Program-made: the position numbers and the translations under genes
Shown: piece by piece, positions 8,205-16,865 of the stretch
How positions within the stretch are numbered: the stretch's first letter is position 1
Layout of the letters: each line of letters opens with the position of its first letter
Source of the DNA: Methanomicrobiales archaeon
GTDB lineage: Archaea; Halobacteriota; Methanomicrobia; Methanomicrobiales; JACTUA01
Assembly (NCBI GenBank): GCA_035310965.1
Contig: DATGDI010000041.1
Location: 1 to 32,735 of the forward strand
Reading direction: 5' to 3'
DNA: 32,735 nt
Notes under the pieces: model-generated
Databases searched by the model: none
Told to the model about the DNA's origin: nothing
What the model saw: the letters and a program-made list of their open reading frames with translations, nothing else

Positions 8205-9077
8205 ATGAGGTACTTCTTCAGGGGCGGGACCCTCTTTGTCCGGGGGGACTTCCAGGCCGCGAGCACCGGCGTGAATGGCGGTCTTCGGAGGGTCACCACC
8301 CTCCTCAACCACACGGTTGGCCGGGACTTCCCCCACGAGGAACCCCTCCGTTCGCTGGAGGATCTCGTGGCAGGCATGGGGTTCTCCCGGGACTTCTTCG
8401 GGCTCCTCACCGCGGTCGGAATCCGGCACACCTGCATCCTCCAGTACGACTTCATCACCCTGTTTGTCACGGCCGGGATCACCGGTCCCGTTGCGGAGAC
8501 CCCCGCGGGCACCATCAACATCATCATCCACTCGGCCGAGGGATTCTCCGACGGGGCCCTCCTGGAGGCCCTCCTCGTCTCGACCATGGGGAAGGCCGAT
8601 GCCTTGAGAGCCCTCGGCCATCCCTTCTCGGGGACCCCCACCGATGCCGTGGTCGCCGCCTGCGAGGGGCCGGCACGCCACGAGTACGCGGGAACCGCCA
8701 CCGAAGGGGGGAGGCGCATCTACGAGGCAGCCTTCCACGGGGTAGAGGAGGCCCTGGCCAGGCACGAGCGCAGGGTTGAGAGGGATGCCCCGTCGTTGTT
8801 CATCTATTCCCGGTACGGCGGGGATCACTGGGTGGAGTGGAGGCCGGAAGGCTGTCCCTACTATCCCTGCCATTTCGAGGGACAGCGGTGCGACTACTGT
8901 TACTGTCCCCTCTACCCCTGCCTGGATCCCACCCTCGGCCAGTGGGTGGAGAGCAAGAACGGCGGACGGGTCTGGAACTGCAGCGGGTGCACGTTGCTCC
9001 ACATCCCGAAGGTCACGGAGTACCTGAAGAAGAATCCCGAGGCGACGCTCCGGGAGCTGAAGAGGGCGGCCGGCTGA
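8205..9077 (+). CDS. cbiZ: adenosylcobinamide amidohydrolase CbiZ fused to a C-terminal cysteine-rich small domain
   Basis: The N-terminal ~200 aa is CbiZ-like (GVNGG...TVG...FVTAGI...GTINIII...EAL...TEAKA-like, GTPTDAV). The C-terminal ~85 aa has CPYYPCHFEGQRCDYCYCPLYPC....WNCSGC, the 'cysteine-rich small domain' pattern seen in some archaeal cobamide proteins. Confidence 0.82.
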   Translation: MRYFFRGGTLFVRGDFQAASTGVNGGLRRVTTLLNHTVGRDFPHEEPLRSLEDLVAGMGFSRDFFGLLTAVGIRHTCILQYDFITLFVTAGITGPVAETPAGTINIIIHSAEGFSDGALLEALLVSTMGKADALRALGHPFSGTPTDAVVAACEGPARHEYAGTATEGGRRIYEAAFHGVEEALARHERRVERDAPSLFIYSRYGGDHWVEWRPEGCPYYPCHFEGQRCDYCYCPLYPCLDPTLGQWVESKNGGRVWNCSGCTLLHIPKVTEYLKKNPEATLRELKRAAG

Positions 9078-9097
9078 AGGCCGACACCCAGGAAAAA

Positions 9098-9310
9098 TTA
9101 ATTCTCGGGAATTCCGAGGGCGGAGAGGAGTTCCTTGAGGGGAATACCATGGGCCTGGGCCGCCTCCCGGATGGTCTCACCCCGGGCCACGGCGCACCCG
9201 AGGCACCCCATCCCGAATTTGAAGAGGACATTGGCCGCGTCGGGCTTTGCCTGCAGGACCTCCATAATGGTGCTGTCAGCCGTGATTGCCATGCCCATGG
9301 TGTTGGTCAT
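9098..9310 (-). CDS. DUF1858 / hybrid-cluster-protein-associated redox disulfide protein
   Basis: TIMEVLQAKPDAANVLFKFGMGCLGCAVARGETIREAAQAHGIPLKELLSALG matches the family pattern, including the GxxCxGC redox pair. The start is placed at the internal ATG (MTNTMGM...); the ORF track start at 9352 is also possible. Confidence 0.75.
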   Translation of the reverse strand: MTNTMGMAITADSTIMEVLQAKPDAANVLFKFGMGCLGCAVARGETIREAAQAHGIPLKELLSALGIPEN

Positions 9311-9429
9311 CCTGCTACTTAACCCTTTAGAAAACAGGGACGGAGGGGACAAATTCCATGGGAGGGCACCTCATTTTCACCCCTCCCCCCTCATCCTTTA
9401 AGGCAGGTCGGTGAACCTTAAGAGTGGAG

Positions 9430-10656
9430 ATGTCTATGGACGTATCAGATGCGGTTGAAAGAATCTCCGGTAAGATGGAAGCAAAGGGAATCGCCGTTGA
9501 CCGGCCGAGGATCGAATCGAAGATACGGCGTCTTGTTGAGGAGTTCGGGGTTCAGCTCGCCGAGGCCGAGCGGACGGTGTGGAACGAGATCGCCCGGGAG
9601 CACTCCCTCCCCTCCCCTGGTGGGAGGGCTCAGGAACGGGAGATCCGGGGGCTGTCGGCCGGCGAGTGGGTGACGGTGCAGGGCAAGGTGGTTGCCCTCA
9701 CCTCCCCGCCCACCCCGGCCATTGCGCAGGCGGGGATCCTCGCGGATCCCTCCGGCGCCATCCGGTTCACGGTCTGGGCCCGGGCGAAGGCCCAGCCCCT
9801 GTCCGCCGGGAAATGGTACCGGATGGAATCGGCCGTCGTGGATGAGTTCAGGGGCGTGGAAAAGCTGAACATTCACAGCGGGACCACCATCACCGAGGTG
9901 GAGAACGAGGCCCCCCTCATCCCGAAGGTTGTCCCGATCCGGGAGCTCCAGCCCGGGGTGGGTTCCGTCAGGGTGAAGGTGGTCCAGGAGTGGGAGGCGA
10001 GCCACGAGAGGATGCTCCAGACGGGTCTCCTCGGAGACGAGACGGGGACCATCAAATTCACCATCTGGCGCGAGGAGGGAAAGGAGAAGCTCACTCCGGG
10101 GAAAGTGTACTCCATCTACTATGCCCTCGTGGACGAGTTCAACGGGAGGCTCCAGCTGAACCTCTCCCCGGCCATCTACCTCCCCGAGGAGGGGGATATT
10201 CAGGTGTCGGAGGGGGAGACGACACGGGGGGTCATCGTCCACCTGGCTCCCGGTTCGGGGCTCATCAAAAGGTGCCCGGTCGAAGGGTGCAACCGGGTCC
10301 TCTCCCGGCAGAATTACTGCCCGGTCCACGAGATCCAGAAGACCTTCCGGTACGACCTCCGCATCAAGGGCGTCCTTGATGACGGGATCCGGACGAGGAA
10401 CATCCTCGTCCAGAAGGAGATCGTCGAGGCCCTCTCGGGCATGAAGCTCGAGGAGGCGGTGGCCCTTGCCGAGTCGAGCCCCCTTGGAATGGACGAGGTC
10501 TTCTACCGGATCCGTGACGCGGTCCTCGGCCGCTACTTCCAGGCGAGAGGTACCGAGATGGACGGGAGAATTCTCGTCAAGGAATGCCGGAAGCTGGCAT
10601 ACGACCCGTCGGACCTGGCTGCCCTCCTGAACCGGGCCGGGGGCGAGGCGAAATGA
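9430..10656 (+). CDS. replication protein A, large subunit (multi-OB-fold with Zn finger)
   Basis: Repeated OB-fold-like segments (V.V.GKVV.L...........G.LADPSG.IRFT.W and VRVKVV.........LQTGLLGDETGTIKFTIW). Zn-finger-like CPVEGCNRVL....YCPVH. The first ATG is at 9430 (the track begins at a GTG at 9424). A TTTAAGG box lies about 30 nt upstream. Confidence 0.85.
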   Translation: MSMDVSDAVERISGKMEAKGIAVDRPRIESKIRRLVEEFGVQLAEAERTVWNEIAREHSLPSPGGRAQEREIRGLSAGEWVTVQGKVVALTSPPTPAIAQAGILADPSGAIRFTVWARAKAQPLSAGKWYRMESAVVDEFRGVEKLNIHSGTTITEVENEAPLIPKVVPIRELQPGVGSVRVKVVQEWEASHERMLQTGLLGDETGTIKFTIWREEGKEKLTPGKVYSIYYALVDEFNGRLQLNLSPAIYLPEEGDIQVSEGETTRGVIVHLAPGSGLIKRCPVEGCNRVLSRQNYCPVHEIQKTFRYDLRIKGVLDDGIRTRNILVQKEIVEALSGMKLEEAVALAESSPLGMDEVFYRIRDAVLGRYFQARGTEMDGRILVKECRKLAYDPSDLAALLNRAGGEAK

Positions 10657-11246
10657 TGAACGGGCGGAAGGCGGGCGGACCCCGCCCGGGGCAGACCTTC
10701 GACCGGGAACCAGCCCGGCGGGTTTTTGCCGGTGAACTCAGGGAGGTGAGGCTCCAGTTCCGGGAGGGGGAGGACGAGAAGAGCCCGAGCTTCGTCCTCC
10801 TTCCCACGGGATCACGCTGCAACCGGATATTTCTCGTCGGCACCCTGACCGAGAAGGACCGGCGCGGCGACCAGAACGTCTTCTACCATGCCCGGATCTC
10901 GGACCCGACCGGGACCTTCTTCCTCATGGCCGGGAGCTACCAGCCCGAGGCGATGCAGCAGATCGCCCGGATCGAGCCGCCTGCCTTCGTGGCGGTCATC
11001 GGGAAGCCGAATGTCTTTGAATCCCAGACCGGGTCGTTCCTCGTCTCGGTGAGAGCGGAGTCGGTGACCGCGGTGGACCGGGAGACGAGAGACCTCTGGG
11101 TGCTGGACGCCGCCCGGGCCACCCTCCAGCGGCTCGATGAGCTGGGGAACACCGAGGACTCGAAACGGGCCCAGGAACAGTACCACCCGGATCCCGCGGT
11201 GTACCGGAAGATGGTGTACGATGCCCTCGCCCAGCTGAAAATTTAA
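10653..11246 (+). CDS. RPA-associated OB-fold subunit (RPA32-like)
   Basis: Its ATG overlaps the preceding stop (ATGA at 10653-10656). It has the OB-fold pattern NRIFLVGTLTEKD......FYHARISDPTGTFFL.AG. The part of the track ORF upstream of 10653 overlaps the RPA large subunit in another frame. Confidence 0.75.
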   Translation: MMNGRKAGGPRPGQTFDREPARRVFAGELREVRLQFREGEDEKSPSFVLLPTGSRCNRIFLVGTLTEKDRRGDQNVFYHARISDPTGTFFLMAGSYQPEAMQQIARIEPPAFVAVIGKPNVFESQTGSFLVSVRAESVTAVDRETRDLWVLDAARATLQRLDELGNTEDSKRAQEQYHPDPAVYRKMVYDALAQLKI

Positions 11247-11254
11247 TCACCACC

Positions 11255-11260
11255 TTTTTT
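11255..11260 (+). terminator. oligo-T tract after the RPA operon
   Basis: TTTTTT lies 9 nt after the stop codon. Archaeal termination commonly uses oligo-T. Confidence 0.4.
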
Positions 11261-11302
11261 CTCCCGCAATTCTTATCTGGGTGCAGCCCCATCGGTCCCG
11301 GC

Positions 11303-11890
11303 ATGGAAAAAAACCTCCTCGTGCCCCGGGTGAGGGCCGGGGCCGCCCGGGCAGTCCGGGCCCTCCCCCTCATCCCCCTGTTCATTCTCTCGGGTTGCCT
11401 CGTCCCCGGTGCACGGACGGGGACACCCGTGCTCGAGGTATCCTCCGCCGCCTTTGCCCCTGGTGGAGAGATCCCGGTGATGTACACCTGCGACGGGGCG
11501 AATGTCTCGCCCCCTCTCAGCTGGAGCGCCCCCCCGCAGGGCACGGAGTCCATTGCGATCCTGGTCACCGACCCGGACGCACCCGGCGGGACCTTCGTCC
11601 ACTGGGTGGCCTGGAACATCCCGCCCGGCACCCGGGAGATCCCTTCCGGTAGCGCTGGGAAACCGGTCCTCCCCACCGGCTCGGTCCAGGGCACGAGTGA
11701 CTTCGGGCGGCAGGGCTACGGCGGACCCTGCCCGCCGGGAGGGAAGCCCCACCACTACCACTTCGTGGTCTATGCCCTCGACTCCGCCCTCACTCTCCCA
11801 GGGAAGAGGGACGGGCGGACGCTCGAATCCTCCGTGAGGGGGCACATCCTTGCCCAGGGGGAAACCATCGGGATATATCGCAGGATATAG
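11303..11890 (+). CDS. YbhB/YbcL-family PEBP (Raf-kinase-inhibitor-like) lipoprotein
   Basis: DPDAP...FVHWV.WNIP, GYGGPCPP.G..HHY.F.VYAL motifs. The N-terminal signal carries a lipobox-like LSGC. Confidence 0.9.
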   Translation: MEKNLLVPRVRAGAARAVRALPLIPLFILSGCLVPGARTGTPVLEVSSAAFAPGGEIPVMYTCDGANVSPPLSWSAPPQGTESIAILVTDPDAPGGTFVHWVAWNIPPGTREIPSGSAGKPVLPTGSVQGTSDFGRQGYGGPCPPGGKPHHYHFVVYALDSALTLPGKRDGRTLESSVRGHILAQGETIGIYRRI

Positions 11891-11896
11891 GACTTC

Positions 11897-11922
11897 AAAA
11901 AAAGGGAGAGGGGGAATCTCCC
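11897..11922 (-). terminator. hairpin plus T7 tract downstream of the 11958..12992 gene
   Basis: The minus strand reads GGGAGA-TTCCCCC-TCTCCC followed by TTTTTTT. It lies in the convergent gap between the stops at 11890 (+) and 11958 (-). Confidence 0.5.
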
Positions 11923-11957
11923 GGATTGACCAAGGGAGATCGGTCCGCTCTTTTCAC

Positions 11958-12992
11958 CTACCCTTTTCTGCGCTTCAGGATCAGGGTGAGGGCGGCCATC
12001 GCCGGGGCGAGGAAGGCAAGCCATGCTCCCGTCGGTGCAGGTGTGGGAGGCGGGGAGGTGGTACCCGTTGCCGGGGGAAGGGTCGTGGCCTCGGGGGTCG
12101 GGGTCCCGACGGTGGTTACCGGGCGCGTGGTGGTTGGCGGGATTGTCTGCCGGACGGTCGTGGCGGTGGTCTGCGTCGTGACGGGGGTGGTCACCGGTGT
12201 GGGGGTCGTCTGAACGGCTATTTTTTTCCCGATGGTGAAGGTAATGATGTTGGAGTCCGGTGCCTGGTTTTCAAAGGAGGCCGGGTCTCTCCACTTCGCC
12301 TGGACGCTGTAGCTCCCGGCGCCGAGGCTCCCGAGGGAGATGGCCCCCGGCCTTCCCGGGTCATCGGTATAGAAGACCTGGCGGCTCACGTGCATCGCAG
12401 AGAAATCCCGGCCCAGGATGGTGGTGAGCTGGGCACCACCGGGAGCGGTCAGGACGAGATCGACGGTCGCCGGGAAGAGGGACCCGGCATGGTACGTGGA
12501 CCCGACGTCCACGGAGGTGATCTTGAAGGCGATGGGGGTGTCCTCGGGAATGGTAAGCCCCGCGATGGAGTCCACGTGGTTCGGGCTTGCGAGCACGGCA
12601 TCGATGGAAACCGAGGGAAGCTGGACCACGACCCTGCCCATGGCCCCGACCGCCGGATTGAAGGCAATATAGACCCCCCGGAGATCCCCGAATTCCTCCG
12701 GGATAAGGCTGAAGCTGGTATCGTCGGACACCGCGACCTCCCGGAGGAGGGCCTTCGTCGGATCATCATCCTGGTACTTCCGGAGGGAGGCGACCGGGTT
12801 CGCCCCGGTACGAAGCGCGGTGATGTCGAGATTCTGTTCGTAGATGAAGATCATGTCCCCGTTCTGGATGGTCTGGATGCTGGTCCGGGCGGCCGAGGGA
12901 ACCGCGAGGATTGCCCAGAGGAGCACCACGAGGACTCCCCCGGTTACGACGGCCCGGGAGATCTGTTCCCGGGACGATGGAGAACCTGTCAT
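11958..12992 (-). CDS. cell-surface protein (DUF3821-like domain) with a Thr/Pro-rich stalk and a C-terminal hydrophobic anchor
   Basis: N-terminal TM/signal GGVLVVLLWAILAVPSAA. IQNGDMIFIYEQNLDIT resembles the DUF3821 start as I recall it. There is a ~64-aa T/P-rich linker, then a terminal AWLAFLAPAMAALTLILKRRKG (archaeosortase-target-like architecture). Confidence 0.7.
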   Translation of the reverse strand: MTGSPSSREQISRAVVTGGVLVVLLWAILAVPSAARTSIQTIQNGDMIFIYEQNLDITALRTGANPVASLRKYQDDDPTKALLREVAVSDDTSFSLIPEEFGDLRGVYIAFNPAVGAMGRVVVQLPSVSIDAVLASPNHVDSIAGLTIPEDTPIAFKITSVDVGSTYHAGSLFPATVDLVLTAPGGAQLTTILGRDFSAMHVSRQVFYTDDPGRPGAISLGSLGAGSYSVQAKWRDPASFENQAPDSNIITFTIGKKIAVQTTPTPVTTPVTTQTTATTVRQTIPPTTTRPVTTVGTPTPEATTLPPATGTTSPPPTPAPTGAWLAFLAPAMAALTLILKRRKG

Positions 12993-13107
12993 AAGACCTC
13001 AGCCCCAGTGAGGGTATCCCCGGGATATAAGCCCTTCCGTGCAACTGGGGCCAGGGTGCCCGATGCCGGATGACCCGGATGAGAATCGCAGGGGCGGCCG
13101 TGTTTCC

Positions 13108-14214
13108 TTAACCATCCTCCCCGATCTCGACAGTTCCTGAGTCCAGGGGTGCGGACTTCCGATCCCTCTCCTCCACCCTCTCCCGGAGGAACCTGACAGT
13201 CCTTTCGAGTTCGGCGACCTTCCGGGAGAGGCTCTCCTTCCGGTGGGTCCGGTGGAGCGTCATCACAGGCTCCCCGGCCAGATAAGCCCGTTCCAGGTCC
13301 TTTTCCACCTGCCCCGCGGTCTCCCCCCGGGGAGTACGGATGGAGCCCATCAGCTCCCGGACGACGGTGGCCGGTAGGACCGTACCCATCCGATCGGCGA
13401 AGAACCGCCGGGCGCTCCGGAGGGTAAGGGTCCTTCTCCCCGTCACCCGGTCCACCCTCTCCAGCCCCGCCTTCGAGAGGGCGAGGTCCCAGACCTGCTC
13501 GAAGGCCCGGGGGCCTATGGGAAAAAGAAGGTCCTCCCCCGCGGTCCCACCCCTCGCCCGGGCGGAGGCGAGGAACCGGTCCCTCACGATGAGGTATACC
13601 CGGATGGCCCCCACCGCCTCGCGGGAGATGAAGGCGACCGTCGGTGCCTCCGTCTTCCCGGTTCGGATCAGGAACCTGGCCGGCCGGGCATCGAGGTCGA
13701 GATCCCCGAGCCGGATGGAGAGAACCTCCCCGAGGTGCGCGCCGCTGCTCACCAGGGTGTAGACGATGGCCCTCCCGCGGGTATCGAGGTGTTCCATGAG
13801 CCTCAGAAGCTTTCCCGGGGTCAGGGAATCGACAGCGGCAGGTGGCCGGTGACTCCCCCGTGCCCGCGGCAGCCGCCTTGCGTCGCCGGGGGGAAGGGCG
13901 ATTCCCGCCTCTGCAAGAAGGGTCCGGATCGCGCTCCGGTACCCGAGGCAGGTCCTCCGGGACCGGCAGGCCGCCTCCAGGGCCCGGAGATCGGCCGCGA
14001 GGTCGCGCCTGCCGTTCCTCAGGTCGTTCACGTACTTGGCGACCCAGGGATCGAGGAGGGCGGGAGAGGCCCCCTTCAGCCGGGCGCCGTACACAAGGGA
14101 AAGGAATTTTATCCATGCACTCCCATACATCGAACGGGTAGATTTCGCCCGGTACCTGTTCAGGAAATCCACGAACATCAGGGCATCCCGGGTAAGAATA
14201 TGCCCCATAATCAT
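13108..14214 (-). CDS. tyrosine recombinase / phage-integrase-family protein (divergent)
   Basis: 368 aa. An N-terminal SAM-like core-binding region is followed by a C-terminal catalytic-domain pattern (LVSSGAHLGEVLSIRLGDLDL...RTGKTE...LRSARRFFA...LMGS...AYL), then a charged coiled-coil-like tail. Confidence 0.78.
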   Translation of the reverse strand: MIMGHILTRDALMFVDFLNRYRAKSTRSMYGSAWIKFLSLVYGARLKGASPALLDPWVAKYVNDLRNGRRDLAADLRALEAACRSRRTCLGYRSAIRTLLAEAGIALPPGDARRLPRARGSHRPPAAVDSLTPGKLLRLMEHLDTRGRAIVYTLVSSGAHLGEVLSIRLGDLDLDARPARFLIRTGKTEAPTVAFISREAVGAIRVYLIVRDRFLASARARGGTAGEDLLFPIGPRAFEQVWDLALSKAGLERVDRVTGRRTLTLRSARRFFADRMGTVLPATVVRELMGSIRTPRGETAGQVEKDLERAYLAGEPVMTLHRTHRKESLSRKVAELERTVRFLRERVEERDRKSAPLDSGTVEIGEDG

Positions 14215-14309
14215 TTAATGGTATGGAATTGCGAAGGTTGATACGAGTTTAAATCTCATCAAGCGAACCGGCTCCGTCCGGTCGGACCGGAGACAAAAGA
14301 GGAGTTACC

Positions 14310-16595
14310 ATGAAGTCAAGGAGAGAGAGGGAAGCATCGAGACTGAGAGAGAAGGGGGTCCGGCCCCAGACCGCACCCCCGGCTGAGATGAGGGACCCGA
14401 AGGCGGTGGACCACCTGATCCGGGCCCTTTCCGACAAGGATGAGACGGTGCGGTCCCAGGCAGCCCGGGCCCTGGGCGAGATGCGGGACCCGAAGGGAGT
14501 GGACCACCTGATCCGGGCCCTGAAGGACAGGCACAAGCTTGTCCGGGCCGAGGCCGCCGAGGCCCTCGGGAGAATCGGGGATCCCCTGGCCGTGGACCAC
14601 CTGGTCCGGGCCCTGAAGGACGAGAACGCCCGGGTACGGGGAGCATCGGCCCGGGCTCTCGGGGAGATCGGGGACCTCCAGGCCGTGCCCGCCATCATCG
14701 GCACCCTGAAGGACCGGGACGAGGATGTCCGGGGCGAGGCCGCCCGGGCACTGGGGAAGATGGGGGACGAGCGGGCGCTCCAGCCCCTCATCGAGGCCCT
14801 GAGGGACATCGACACCTATGTCCGGTGCTATGCGACCATCGCCCTCGGGACCATCGGGACCCCGGCCCTTGACTCCCTCATCCAGGCCCTCAAGAGCGAG
14901 TACGACGACGTCCGGGAGAGGGCGGCGAACACCCTCGTCGGGATGAAGGACCGGGCCGTCGAGTCCCTCATCGGGGCCCTCAGGGACGAGGACTGGGCCA
15001 TCCGGAAGGAGGCCCGGCGGATCCTCGCCGCCATCAAGGCCCCCGCCGTCGATCCCCTGATCAAGGCCCTCAGGGACGAGGACTGGGACGTGCAGCGGCA
15101 GGTGGCACAGGTCCTCGAGGAGATCGGGGACGACCGGGCGGTGGAGGGCCTCGTCGATGTGCTCAAGAAGGCCCCCTGGGCCGCCCAGAAGGAGATCATC
15201 CGGGTCCTCACGAGCTTCGGCTGGAGCCCCCTCTCTGATGAGGAACGGGCCTACTTCCTCATCTCCAAGGGTTCCTGGACCGAGCTCGAGCAGATCGGCG
15301 ATGCCGCCGTGCCCGCCCTTGCGAATGCCCTCAGGGACGAGGACAGGTACGTGCGGAGGCAGGCGGCAAGGGTTCTCGGAGGGCTCGGGGATCGGGCCGC
15401 CGTCGAGCCCCTTATCGAGGCCCTGGAGGGGGAGGACGCCTATCTCCGTTCCATGGCCGCGGAGTCCCTGGGGAGAATCCGGGACAAGACCGCGGTCCCT
15501 GCCCTCCTCAAGGCCCTGTCCGCCGATGATTCCTGGGTGAAGGGATACGCGGTCGAGGCCCTGGGGATGATCGCAGACGGCCGCGCCGTCGAGTCCGTCA
15601 TCGGGGTCATGAAGTCGGGCGGCGATGGGATCCGGCGGGCGGGGGCCCGGGCCCTGGCGGGGATGGGGAAGCCGGCCATTAAGCCCCTCATCCAGGTCCT
15701 CTCCGGTGACGACCGGGAGATGAAGGAAAGCGCCGCCTGGGTCCTCGCCATGGCAGGGGAGCTCTCGGTGCCGCCCCTCATCGATTCCCTCAAGCGCGAG
15801 GGGGACGACCACCGGGCGGATGCCGAGGAGGTCCTCTTCGAGATCGGCGAGCCGGCCGTCGATCCCCTCATCGCCGCCCTCGGCGACTCCCACGAGCCCG
15901 CGCGTCGCTCGGCGGCAAGGGTGCTCGGCAGGTTCGGGGACCGGCGGGCGGTGGAGCCGCTCATCAGGGCCATCGGGGACTCCTCGGCCGGCGTCCGGAA
16001 GGAGGCGACCATCGCCCTCGGCAGAATCGGGGAGCCCTATGCGGTGACCCCGCTCGTCGGGCTCCTCGCCGATGACGAGCTCGAGGTGCAGCGCGAGGCG
16101 GTGGTGGCCCTCGGGAAGGTACGGGATATCCGGGCCCTTGCCCCCCTCATCGGGAGCCTGAGGAATCCCGAGCTCCGGGAGAACGTGACCGAGGCCCTCT
16201 CGGCGATGAGCGACGAGCGGGCCATCGTGCCCCTCATCGAGGCCCTGAAGGACGAGAGTGTCTTTGTCCGGATGGGGGCCGCGGATGTCCTCGTCCACAT
16301 CGGGGAACCCGCGGTGGACCCCCTCATCGAGGCCCTCTCCCATGACGATGCGGGTGTCAGGTACGTGGCCACCTGGACCCTGGGGAAGATCGGCGACCGG
16401 CGGGCGGTGGAGCCGCTTATCGCGGCCATGAAGGACCGGGACAAGGGCGTGAAGAAGGGCGCGTCGGTCGCCCTCGGGGACATCGGGGACGGGCGGGCGG
16501 TGGAGCCCCTCATCCAGGCCCTCAAGGACGAGGACGAGTCCATCCAGCGGGCCGCACGGGAATCGCTGGAGCGGATCATTTCAAAGAAGGACTGA
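14310..16595 (+). CDS. HEAT-repeat (PBS-lyase HEAT-like) protein, ~24 tandem units
   Basis: 761 aa made almost entirely of 31-aa units such as DPKAVDHLIRALSDKDETVRSQAARALGEMR. AGAGGAG lies upstream of the ATG. Confidence 0.9.
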   Translation: MKSRREREASRLREKGVRPQTAPPAEMRDPKAVDHLIRALSDKDETVRSQAARALGEMRDPKGVDHLIRALKDRHKLVRAEAAEALGRIGDPLAVDHLVRALKDENARVRGASARALGEIGDLQAVPAIIGTLKDRDEDVRGEAARALGKMGDERALQPLIEALRDIDTYVRCYATIALGTIGTPALDSLIQALKSEYDDVRERAANTLVGMKDRAVESLIGALRDEDWAIRKEARRILAAIKAPAVDPLIKALRDEDWDVQRQVAQVLEEIGDDRAVEGLVDVLKKAPWAAQKEIIRVLTSFGWSPLSDEERAYFLISKGSWTELEQIGDAAVPALANALRDEDRYVRRQAARVLGGLGDRAAVEPLIEALEGEDAYLRSMAAESLGRIRDKTAVPALLKALSADDSWVKGYAVEALGMIADGRAVESVIGVMKSGGDGIRRAGARALAGMGKPAIKPLIQVLSGDDREMKESAAWVLAMAGELSVPPLIDSLKREGDDHRADAEEVLFEIGEPAVDPLIAALGDSHEPARRSAARVLGRFGDRRAVEPLIRAIGDSSAGVRKEATIALGRIGEPYAVTPLVGLLADDELEVQREAVVALGKVRDIRALAPLIGSLRNPELRENVTEALSAMSDERAIVPLIEALKDESVFVRMGAADVLVHIGEPAVDPLIEALSHDDAGVRYVATWTLGKIGDRRAVEPLIAAMKDRDKGVKKGASVALGDIGDGRAVEPLIQALKDEDESIQRAARESLERIISKKD
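14394..16580 (+). repeat. coding tandem repeat, period 93 nt (HEAT units)
   Basis: The unit starts at 14394 and 14487 share gacccgaagg..gtggaccacctgatccgggccct almost exactly. The 31-codon periodicity continues to the end of the gene. Confidence 0.85.
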
Positions 16596-16812
16596 CGTCC
16601 TTTTTCTCACCCTCCCTTTCGGTCGGGTCTCGAAGAAGGACTAAGGGGATCCCCCTCCCCTGCTCTTTCCTTTTTAATTTTTAGTTGCCTGAACCGACGG
16701 GAATCGGTTTCACCAATATCAAATGGTTCATATTCCGCCGGCACGGGCAATCCCCCATGTTTCCGGAATCACCCGATATGTTAGTTCATGGAATGATCGG
16801 CCCATCACAACC

Positions 16813-16865
16813 GGGAGACGCCGCAGCGGCGGGGGTGAGCCGGAGCGAACCCCCAGGAGCGTCCA
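16813..16865 (+). repeat. copy A of a ~52-nt conserved foldable element (candidate small RNA or miniature repeat)
   Basis: gggagacgccgcagcggcgggggtgagccggagcgaacccccaggagcgtcca differs from 22211-22262 by 2 substitutions and 1 indel. It lies in a 362-nt convergent intergenic region. Confidence 0.8.

Noticed and set aside
7898-9002. Minus-strand ORFs 7898..8719 and 8175..9002
   Set aside because: They are antisense to cbiZ, with low-complexity Arg/Pro/Gly-rich translations and no recognisable motifs.
11850-14116. ORFs 11850..13073 (+) and 12989..14116 (-)
   Set aside because: They are opposite-strand shadows of the surface-protein and integrase-like genes. Their compositions are Gly/Arg/Pro-dominated.
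14316-16343. 675-aa minus-strand ORF, and the regular 93-nt periodicity considered as a possible CRISPR-like array
   Set aside because: The periodicity is the 31-codon HEAT unit of a clearly coding plus-strand gene. Units are contiguous, without unique spacers. The antisense ORF stays open only because of repeat-driven codon bias.
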